Assembly (NCBI GenBank): GCA_016839705.1
Contig: JAEOTR010000031.1
Coordinates: forward strand, 1 to 13,594
Direction of reading: 5' to 3'
Origin: Promethearchaeota archaeon
GTDB lineage: Archaea > Asgardarchaeota > Lokiarchaeia > Sigyniarchaeales > SOKP01
Length of the DNA stretch: 13,594 bases
Part shown: one piece after another, positions 6,568 to 13,594 of the stretch
Position numbering within the stretch: position 1 is the stretch's first letter
How the letters are laid out: each line of letters starts with the position of its first letter
Notes under the pieces: model-generated
Told to the model about the DNA's origin: nothing
The model's database searches: none
Seen by the model: the letters and a program-made list of their open reading frames with translations, nothing else
Program-made: the position numbers and the translations under genes

Positions 6568-7944
6568 TCAACAGTTGGGTATATCAATTTTAGCTATTTT
6601 TAAAAATATTTTGTTAAACATGTCATTTTCAATTTTTCGCCAAACTTCATAACCCCTGACATCTTGAGGATATTGCAAATAATGCCGATTAATTTGTTTC
6701 ATCTGTTTGAGAAGATAATTTAGTTTAAGCAACAATCTGGGCTTGGATATCCCCTTATATAATTTCAGTAGTAAATGCTTAATTGAGGGGGAGATTATTT
6801 TACCATCAAACATTTTTGTGAGTTCATTATCGCTAATTAATTTCTTCTTTATAATATAATTAAAGTCATTTGTTGCCAGGTGCTGTATGAGAAATCGAGC
6901 GATATCATTTGTTGCATGTCCTCTCCCAAAATCATTCATCAGAAGACAATTATAATCCCATAATTGTTCTAATGAATAATCCTCAGCTTCAATTGCTTTT
7001 TTCGCTACCATGGCAGCATAATAACCAGCTTTCATTCCGGTATGAATCCCGCCACCGTTCGCTGTGTTAACGTGGCATCCCGCATCCCCTATAAACATGA
7101 TACCATTGTCAGCACATGAAGGAAGAGGTCTTCTAAGAGGAACAATATCTCCACCTGAAGATAATAATTTATAATTGCTTATGTTTAAAAATTTATTTAC
7201 AACAAAATTGTGATAAATAGGTTTCAAATTACTTTTTTGACGTAAGGAAACACCTAGTCCCAGATTGGCTATGGAGTCTGATTTGGGAAAATACCATATA
7301 TAGCCTCCAGGAACACTATCGAAATCAAATATCACATTTATGGAATCTGTGGGCATTTCTGGGCGCCAATTATCGTTGAATTGAATGATTTCCCTATAAC
7401 AAATAACCAAATCATCTTTTGGAATCTCATTTTGTATAATATCGCTTTTGATCTTTTTTCGCACGATAGAATGAGCTCCACTGCCATCAATTACAATTTT
7501 AGCGTTTATGACTATTTTTTCGCCTGATTTTAACCTAACTGTGACTCCATTAACCCTACCATTTTTATACGTCAGATCCATGACTTTAGAGCTATCTAAA
7601 AACTTTTCTACCCCCAAATCAAGCGCATCCTTTAATAATGTTTGCCCAAATCGTAATCTATCCACCAAATAAATAGGCAGGTTAACTGTAAGATGATGCT
7701 GAAGATTTGAGCTGTATAACTTGATTCGTTTCTTCATACTCAATATTTCATACCCTTGAGGGGGATCAATCTTTAAAAAATCAAAAATAGAGGCTGCGAC
7801 TACATCTCCGCATACCTTATTACCAATTTCCTCTCTCTTGTTTGCATCAATTAGACATACTTTCAATCCATTTAACGCAGCAAATCGAGCGGCAATTGCC
7901 CCTGATGTTCCTGCACCAACAATGACTAAATCATAGTTGTCCAT
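6568..7944 (-). CDS. Geranylgeranyl reductase family (digeranylgeranylglycerophospholipid reductase-like) FAD oxidoreductase
   Basis: VVGAGTSG FAD motif, KVCGD, IDGSG, GGYIWYFPK (YxWxFP), GDAG and GGGI. SD-like GGTGA/AAGGA upstream. Confidence 0.9.
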   Translation of the reverse strand: MDNYDLVIVGAGTSGAIAARFAALNGLKVCLIDANKREEIGNKVCGDVVAASIFDFLKIDPPQGYEILSMKKRIKLYSSNLQHHLTVNLPIYLVDRLRFGQTLLKDALDLGVEKFLDSSKVMDLTYKNGRVNGVTVRLKSGEKIVINAKIVIDGSGAHSIVRKKIKSDIIQNEIPKDDLVICYREIIQFNDNWRPEMPTDSINVIFDFDSVPGGYIWYFPKSDSIANLGLGVSLRQKSNLKPIYHNFVVNKFLNISNYKLLSSGGDIVPLRRPLPSCADNGIMFIGDAGCHVNTANGGGIHTGMKAGYYAAMVAKKAIEAEDYSLEQLWDYNCLLMNDFGRGHATNDIARFLIQHLATNDFNYIIKKKLISDNELTKMFDGKIISPSIKHLLLKLYKGISKPRLLLKLNYLLKQMKQINRHYLQYPQDVRGYEVWRKIENDMFNKIFLKIAKIDIPNC

Positions 7945-7957
7945 TCCTTATTTCACC

Positions 7958-8056
7958 CTATTTTCTTCATAAGGGTAGTAATCAGGCTAAAAAAATTTTT
8001 AATTTTTCTAGCTTACCATGGGAAAGATTTGCTTCTGATGAATCCTGAGTTGCCAT
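7958..8056 (-). other. Small ORF upstream of GGR: 24 aa to first TGA, or 32 aa if two TGA codons are read through (MATQDSSEANLSHGKLEKLKIFLA*LLPL*RK)
   Basis: ATG at 8056-8054, TGA at 7984-7982 and 7969-7967, TAG at 7960-7958 directly before the GGR SD. Confidence 0.3.
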
Positions 8057-8218
8057 TTAATTACCAAAAATATTAATTTCCAATTCTTTTTTTGATAACT
8101 CTTTAATCTTGAATTCAAATTCTTCTATCCTGGATTATTAAAATAATTAACAATAGCATAAATGTTTATGGTATTCTTAAATTCTAACAATTTTTTTTTA
8201 TTTTTACTTTTATTTAAA

Positions 8219-8267
8219 TATAAAATATAAATCTTAGTTAAGTTATCTCCTTAAGGTTTATAGTTTT
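8219..8267. repeat. 49-bp imperfect direct repeat, copy B (hairpin-forming)
   Basis: TATAAAATATAAATCTTAGTTAAGTTATCTCCTTAAGGTTTATAGTTTT. Arms 8222-8236 and 8252-8266 are 13/15 complementary. Confidence 0.75.
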
Positions 8268-8269
8268 AT

Positions 8270-8383
8270 TCAAACTTTTAAGAAATCCAAGATGATTTTA
8301 CTTACTTCGACGGTTCTGGTCATAGGAGCAAAATGTCCTGCCTTTTCGATGACAGATAAAGTACTATTTGGTATTTGCTTTCT
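8270..8383 (-). pseudogene. 3' remnant of an alpha/beta-fold hydrolase
   Basis: Minus strand reads RKQIPNSTLSVIEKAGHFAPMTRTVEVSKIILDFLKV*, the typical IPNS-x-L-x-VIxxAGH...DFL C-terminus with the catalytic His. There is no start, and an in-frame stop lies at 8386-8384. Confidence 0.8.
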
Positions 8384-8523
8384 TCAAACGTGGAAAGAAA
8401 ATTGTATGGGTTTGTGTGGAGTGCGGTTATGAAGTTGAAATGGATGAGTTGCCTGAAGACTTTAAATGCCCATCCTGTGACCATCCTAGATCATACTATA
8501 GAAAGAAATGTGAAGAATTCTAG
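8368..8523 (+). pseudogene. rbr: 3' fragment of a second rubrerythrin (rubredoxin-like domain only); possibly expressed as a 51-aa protein from TTG at 8368
   Basis: 8377-8523 encodes AFFKRGKKIVWVCVECGYEVEMDELPEDFKCPSCDHPRSYYRKKCEEF*, 45/48 aa identical to the C-terminus of the 2220-2810 protein. The diiron domain is absent, with an in-frame TGA at 8350-8352. Confidence 0.88.
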
Positions 8524-8527
8524 ATCC

Positions 8528-8562
8528 AATTTTTAATCTAAAAGCAAAATTTTTAAAAATTA
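8528..8562 (+). promoter_or_regulatory. Conserved promoter/operator element upstream of dfx copy 2 (palindrome at 8548-8561)
   Basis: 34/35 identical to 2823-2857. Confidence 0.7.
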
Positions 8563-8605
8563 AATGATATGATTTAAAAATAAAAATCACACGCGTGAAA
8601 TATTT

Positions 8606-8998
8606 ATGAAACAAAAAGAAATATACAAATGTAGCATTTGTGGAAAAGTAATCGAAATTTTACACCCAGCTGCTCCAGAAACCATTTGTTGCGGTCAACC
8701 AATGAAGTTAATGGAGGAACAAACTACTGATTGGAAAACAGAGAAGCATGTTCCAAAAATTACGGTTGAGGGTAATAAGGTAACTGTTGATGTGGGAATC
8801 TCAATGGGAACTCCTCATCCTATGACTGATGAGCATTACATAATGTGGATTGAAATAATATGTAAAGATGGGTGCTACGAAAGAAGATTCTTAAAGCCTG
8901 GTGATGAACCAAGAGCAACTTTTACTGTTGCTAATCCAGAAGGTCTCTGGGCTCGAGAATATTGTAATCTACATTTCTTATGGGTCTCAGTAAAGTAA
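8606..8998 (+). CDS. dfx: Desulfoferrodoxin (2Fe superoxide reductase), copy 2
   Basis: Same motifs as copy 1, 109/128 aa identical by manual alignment. Confidence 0.95.
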   Translation: MKQKEIYKCSICGKVIEILHPAAPETICCGQPMKLMEEQTTDWKTEKHVPKITVEGNKVTVDVGISMGTPHPMTDEHYIMWIEIICKDGCYERRFLKPGDEPRATFTVANPEGLWAREYCNLHFLWVSVK

Positions 8999-9010
8999 TT
9001 CCTAAATCTA

Positions 9011-9024
9011 TTTTTTTATTTTTT
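9011..9024 (+). terminator. Oligo-T terminator after dfx copy 2
   Basis: T7-A-T6 tract 12 nt after the stop codon. Confidence 0.5.
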
Positions 9025-9111
9025 ATATATTTTAAAATAATACAATTTTAAGATTTTAAATTACATTAAATATTATCAAAATATTTTAAATATACTATTT
9101 ATGAGAAAATT

Positions 9112-10467
9112 ATGATCTTCTTTTTACAGTTATTTGTAATTTTCTGTTTTATTATTGTAATAATTGCTCTTTTTCGTGAGAAAACAGATTTTTTAACGTA
9201 CAGTGTGCTAGCTATGCTTGCTGCTGCTGCTGCTACTTTTCTTTTCTCACCAACGCCCTTTTCTATTGAGGAATTCATCCTAGCAATAGATTGGCCTGTT
9301 ATTTTTTTCTTAATATCAGTTTTCACAATAGTAGTTATATTAGAGGAACAATTGATTTTTCAAGAAATAGCTTCACGAATAACGAAAAAATTCCATACTA
9401 ACACACGAAGATTTTTTTGGGTTATCTGTTTAATATCAACTTTAAGTGCTGCCTTTATTGAAGATATTTCAGTCGCAGTTATCTTTATACCTATGATAAT
9501 AAGTACAAGTGAAAAAATGAAAATAAATCCAACTCCGATATTATTGGGAATGACTATATGTATAAATCTCGCTGCAACCCTCACACCTTTTGGTTCTGCA
9601 CAAAATATTTTAATAGCGAGTAAATTTACGCTTTCAATAACTTGGTTTTTTGCAAGTCTTTCAATTTACTTTATTATTGCTACTTTACTAACTTTGTCTC
9701 TTTTAGATTATTTTGTTCTTAAAAAACATCTAAGAGAAATTTGGATACCTCATTGTGAGGAATATGATGAATCTTTAGAATCTGAGCATATAAAGGAACA
9801 TGAATTGATCATATTAGAAGAACCAATTAATCAAAAGGTGTTCTATCGAAATTTAGGCACTTTGCTTTTCTTTTTCATCATGTTAATTATTATTCCCGAC
9901 ATCCTATTTGTAGGACTTCTCGGAATGCTTTTATTTGTATTTGTCAACCCAAGGAGAAGTGAATCGGGTAAAAGGAAACCCGATATTTCATATTATTTTA
10001 AAAAGGTTGATTTCAAATTACCATTCTTCTTTATAAGTTTATTTGTACTGGTATTCTGTTTTGAAAAAGTGGGGCTCATTACTATTATAGCAACTTTTGT
10101 TGTGAGTATAGCACCAGCTAACATATTTTTGTTAAGTGTTTTAATATTGGTTATATCATCTATTCTCTCAGCGTTTCTTGATAATGTTCCTGTTACTGTC
10201 CTTTTTATACCTATAATTCAAGTTTTAATAAGTTCTGGTTTTTCATCGGTTCCTCTGTTAATCGCATTTATTTTAGGGATAAATTTGGGGGGAAATTTCT
10301 TACCTCAGGGGAGCGCAGCGGATATGATGACATTAGAACTATCTACAAAATATTGCGTCGAAGGTATGAACTATAAGAAATTATTAAAGATTGGTGGATT
10401 ATTTGCACTCTTACATATTTTACTGGGGATCGCATATCTCGCAATTATCATATTTATATTTTTCTAA
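9112..10467 (+). CDS. Ion-transporter superfamily permease (ArsB/NhaD/SLC13/CitMHS-like)
   Basis: Two hydrophobic halves with IDWPVIFFL, SAAFIED, TPFGSAQN, SAFLDNVP and NLGGNFLPQGSAA. Substrate unknown. Confidence 0.85.
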   Translation: MIFFLQLFVIFCFIIVIIALFREKTDFLTYSVLAMLAAAAATFLFSPTPFSIEEFILAIDWPVIFFLISVFTIVVILEEQLIFQEIASRITKKFHTNTRRFFWVICLISTLSAAFIEDISVAVIFIPMIISTSEKMKINPTPILLGMTICINLAATLTPFGSAQNILIASKFTLSITWFFASLSIYFIIATLLTLSLLDYFVLKKHLREIWIPHCEEYDESLESEHIKEHELIILEEPINQKVFYRNLGTLLFFFIMLIIIPDILFVGLLGMLLFVFVNPRRSESGKRKPDISYYFKKVDFKLPFFFISLFVLVFCFEKVGLITIIATFVVSIAPANIFLLSVLILVISSILSAFLDNVPVTVLFIPIIQVLISSGFSSVPLLIAFILGINLGGNFLPQGSAADMMTLELSTKYCVEGMNYKKLLKIGGLFALLHILLGIAYLAIIIFIFF

Positions 10468-10510
10468 GGTTTATTATTCCTGAATAAAAAAAGAGTGAAT
10501 TTTTCGAACT

Positions 10511-11059
10511 ATGGGTAAAAAGAAAGCAATAATTTTGGATAGAGATGGAACCCTAATTGAAGACAAGAATTATGCATATAAGATAGAAGATTTTGAACTA
10601 TTACCAGGTGTTATTGAGGGATTAAAATTACTCCAGAATGAATTTCTATTTTTTATAGTAACAAATCAGTCGGGAATCGGTCGAGGATATTACACTGTTG
10701 AAGATTTTCATCGTTTCAATAATCATTTAATAAAAATCTTGAAAAATGAAAATATTGACATTATAAAAACTTATTTCTGTCCTCATTTAAGGGAGGATGA
10801 CTGTGAATGTAGAAAACCTAAAACTAAATTTATTGATATTATTAATGATGAATTTAATATTGATTTAAATAGATCTTTTGTTGTAGGTGATCATCCGTCA
10901 GATATTGAGTTTGGAATGAATGCGGGTTGTAAAACAATTTTTCTCACCACTGGGCATGGATATAAGCATTTAGACGAATTTGAATCCCTTGGGATAAAGC
11001 CAACAATAATTTGTGATAATTTCTTAGAAGCCGTAAAAGAAATTATGAAGTACCTTTAA
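10511..11059 (+). CDS. gmhB: HAD-IIIA phosphatase, D,D-heptose 1,7-bisphosphate phosphatase / histidinol-phosphatase family
   Basis: LDRDGTL, TNQSGIGRG, Zn motif CPH...CECRKP, GDHPSDI. Confidence 0.85.
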   Translation: MGKKKAIILDRDGTLIEDKNYAYKIEDFELLPGVIEGLKLLQNEFLFFIVTNQSGIGRGYYTVEDFHRFNNHLIKILKNENIDIIKTYFCPHLREDDCECRKPKTKFIDIINDEFNIDLNRSFVVGDHPSDIEFGMNAGCKTIFLTTGHGYKHLDEFESLGIKPTIICDNFLEAVKEIMKYL

Positions 11060-11117
11060 TTCTTAACTCTTATAAAATAATCAAAAACAAAAAAATAGAG
11101 ATTTTTAATATTTGCAT

Positions 11118-12296
11118 TCAATCCCTCTTTTTACCGAGGGAAGGCATTGCATGCTCATATCTTTTCATGGCAAATCGTGAGATAACAATTCTTTGAATCT
11201 CACTCGTTCCTTCATATATTTGGTATAATTTTGCATCTCTAAATAGTTTTTCGACAGGATATGTTCTTAAATACCCATAACCTCCGAATATCTGGACTGC
11301 TTCTGTTGTTACGTTCATTGCAACATCCGAAGCGAAAGCTTTAGCTACTGATGAGCTTAAATTATTATCCATGCCTTGATCGGCTTCCCAAGCTGCTTTA
11401 TATGTTAGTAAACGTGCGGCTTCAATATCCTTATACATATTGGCAATTTTTTCCTGAATTACTTGATAGTTTCCAATTGGTCTTCCAAAAGTCTCTCTCT
11501 TTTGGGCATAATCGATAGAATATTCCATAGCAGAACGAGCACATCCAACCGCAAAGGCACCTATAGCTGGTCGAGTGTGAGCAAATGTTTGCATGGCCAA
11601 AACAAACCCTCTTCCAGGTTTAGCAAGAACATTTTCTTTAGGGATCCTTACATCTTTTAGACCAATGGATACAGTATTTGACGATCTTTGGCCTAATTTA
11701 GGAATATGTTTTCCTAACTTTACTCCTTCAGTCTGAGTATCTACAATAAAAGCAGCAATTCCCTTATGTTTTTTTTCAGGGTCAACTGTAGCAAATACCG
11801 TAATATAATCAGCATATCCTCCATTGGTGATCCAAAACTTATTTCCATTTAATATGTATTCATCTCCATCTTTATCTGCAAAACATTTCATTCCTGCGAC
11901 ATCAGAGCCCATTGTTGGTTCAGATGTAGCAAAAGCAATTAGTTTAAACTCATTGACTAATTCAGTTAAAATTCTTTGCTTCTGCTCTTCATTGCCTCCT
12001 ATAACAATTGGTTCAGCACCAAGGTTATTATCAAAGATTGAAGTTGCTATTCCAGGACATGCAGATGATATTTCCTCAACAACAATACAAGAACTTAATA
12101 AACCATATCCAGGACCTCCATATTCCGTAGGGATTCCTAAATTTAATAATCCTTCTTCCCAAGCTTTTTTAATAACTGGTAGAGGAAATTCTTCAGATTC
12201 GTCATATTTTCTTGCAACCGGTAATACTTCATTAATTGCAAACTCTCTTGCTTTATTTCTTAAAGATTTCTGGTCTTCTGAAAGTAAAAAATCCAT
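11118..12296 (-). CDS. Acyl-CoA dehydrogenase (short/medium-chain type)
   Basis: FATSEPTMGSD, LNGNKFWITNG, RETFGRPI, QIFGGYGY and catalytic IYEGTSEIQR. SD GAGG upstream. Confidence 0.95.
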   Translation of the reverse strand: MDFLLSEDQKSLRNKAREFAINEVLPVARKYDESEEFPLPVIKKAWEEGLLNLGIPTEYGGPGYGLLSSCIVVEEISSACPGIATSIFDNNLGAEPIVIGGNEEQKQRILTELVNEFKLIAFATSEPTMGSDVAGMKCFADKDGDEYILNGNKFWITNGGYADYITVFATVDPEKKHKGIAAFIVDTQTEGVKLGKHIPKLGQRSSNTVSIGLKDVRIPKENVLAKPGRGFVLAMQTFAHTRPAIGAFAVGCARSAMEYSIDYAQKRETFGRPIGNYQVIQEKIANMYKDIEAARLLTYKAAWEADQGMDNNLSSSVAKAFASDVAMNVTTEAVQIFGGYGYLRTYPVEKLFRDAKLYQIYEGTSEIQRIVISRFAMKRYEHAMPSLGKKRD

Positions 12297-12310
12297 TTTC
12301 TTAGCCTCAT

Positions 12311-13498
12311 TTAACCCATTTTCTCAATTAATTTGTCAACAATTTCCTTAAAATCTAATTCCTCTGGTTTTGGTACAAATTTAACCTTAATTAACTCATC
12401 CAAAACATCAATTTTGGTTTCTTTCATTATATTAGCAATTTCTTGCGTTGCCTGACCTGACCATCCATAAGAACCAAAAGCTAAACCGACTTTATTCATG
12501 GGTTTTAATCCTCTTTGGTATGATAAATACTCTGCTACACTTGGATACAATCCATTATTAAGAGTAGGGCTTCCCACTAATATAGCCTTTGCTTTCATAG
12601 CTTCAGTAATTACATCAGAATAGTCTGCATTAGTCAATTTAAACCTTTTTACAGGAATACCTCTATGGTTAATTTCTTTTGCTAAAGCTTTAGCAACTTT
12701 TTCTGTACTTCCCCACATAGTATCATATACTATTAGTACACTCTTCTCATCGAATTCCCCTTTACACCATTTAGTATATTTTTCTAGAATTTCTGGAATA
12801 TGACTACGCCAGCATACTCCATGAGAAGTACAGATAATTTCAATAGGCAACGTTCCTACTTTCGGTAAAGCTTTCGCAATTAAACCAGATAAGTGAAGTA
12901 AGATATTCGCATAATATTTCTCAGCTTCTTGCATTATTTCACATAAATCGTTCTCATCATCCCAGCGTTTTGTTGTGGCATAATGTTGCCCAAATGCATC
13001 ATTTGAGAACAATACATTCTTACTATTCTCGTCGGTCATAAAAGATACCATTGAATCTGGCCAATGGATCATTGGTATTGGAACAAATGTAAATTTCTTA
13101 CCATTCCCGATATCTAAAGTATCTCCCTCTTTAACTCCTCTGATTTTATTAAAAACTTCATCTCCTATCTCCTCATGGAAATGTGCTTTCAATACATCGA
13201 CACCTCTCTCGGATGCAATTAACTCAGCATTAGGAAGATATTTAAGAATTAATGGAAATGACCCAGAATGATCCATCTCTACATGATTAGTAATGAAGTA
13301 GTCAATTTCGGAAGGATCGCATACTTCCTTAATGTTATTCAAAAAATATTCAAAATAAGGTCGTTTAACTGTATCAATTAAAACTGTTTTCTCTCCTTTC
13401 ACTAGATATGCATTATAAGTACTACCTCGATGAGTGGAGTATCCGTGAAAATTTCGGACTTCAAAATCGACATAACCTATATAGTATATATCTTTCAT
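12311..13498 (-). CDS. fprA: Flavodiiron protein (FprA/ROO, class A: metallo-beta-lactamase + flavodoxin domain); true start may be ATT at 13516
   Basis: GSTYNAYL, NHVEMDHSG, HWPDSM, SNDAFGQH, SHG, YDTMWGST, GSPTLN, FGSYGWSG. Confidence 0.95.
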   Translation of the reverse strand: MKDIYYIGYVDFEVRNFHGYSTHRGSTYNAYLVKGEKTVLIDTVKRPYFEYFLNNIKEVCDPSEIDYFITNHVEMDHSGSFPLILKYLPNAELIASERGVDVLKAHFHEEIGDEVFNKIRGVKEGDTLDIGNGKKFTFVPIPMIHWPDSMVSFMTDENSKNVLFSNDAFGQHYATTKRWDDENDLCEIMQEAEKYYANILLHLSGLIAKALPKVGTLPIEIICTSHGVCWRSHIPEILEKYTKWCKGEFDEKSVLIVYDTMWGSTEKVAKALAKEINHRGIPVKRFKLTNADYSDVITEAMKAKAILVGSPTLNNGLYPSVAEYLSYQRGLKPMNKVGLAFGSYGWSGQATQEIANIMKETKIDVLDELIKVKFVPKPEELDFKEIVDKLIEKMG

Positions 13499-13594
13499 TA
13501 ACTCTAAATGAGTAATATCAGTTCACCTTCAATATTTAGGTTTTTAGTTTATTTTTTAATAGTAATATAAATCAAATTAAAAACTTATATTCTA

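Noticed and set aside
6568-6573. GGR ending in Cys-TGA as a possible C-terminal Cys-Sec motif
   Set aside because: Read-through would run into the convergent Lrp gene, no SECIS is seen, and GGRs do not use such a motif.
9220-9234. (GCT)5 microsatellite
   Set aside because: An in-frame poly-Ala in a transmembrane helix, too short to imply phase variation.
9099-9584. ORFs 9099-9326 and 9360-9584 (-)
   Set aside because: Antisense to the permease.
11463-12351. ORFs 11463-11660 and 11824-12351 (+)
   Set aside because: Antisense shadows of the acyl-CoA dehydrogenase.
1-13594. CRISPR array, tRNA/rRNA, transposase or integrase
   Set aside because: No regularly spaced repeats, no GC-rich structured RNA segment and no recombinase or transposase motifs were seen.

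Overview
AT-rich archaeal-looking window. The gene content (geranylgeranyl reductase, UbiA-type prenyltransferase, Lrp/AsnC regulator), TATA-like promoters, GGTGA/GGAGG ribosome-binding sites and T-tract terminators fit an anaerobic archaeon. An Asgard/Lokiarchaeia-like origin is my inference, not established here. The window is mainly an oxygen/redox-defence region: the 3' part of a CoA-disulfide/persulfide reductase-type gene (rhodanese-TusA-rhodanese tail), rubrerythrin plus desulfoferrodoxin (2Fe superoxide reductase), a second diverged rubrerythrin(fragment)-desulfoferrodoxin copy, and a flavodiiron protein co-oriented with an acyl-CoA dehydrogenase. Between the two rbr-dfx copies lies a ~4.9 kb block (two decayed genes, UbiA, flavodoxin, Lrp, GGR) bracketed by a 49-bp imperfect direct repeat with hairpin potential. 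The ORF track misses a back-to-back junction of two 3' gene fragments (alpha/beta hydrolase and rubrerythrin rubredoxin domain), a 35-bp near-identical promoter element before both dfx genes, a 19-bp operator-like palindrome, a small ORF with two in-frame TGA codons, and a probable ATT start for fprA. An APH-family kinase, an ion-transporter superfamily permease and gmhB are also present.
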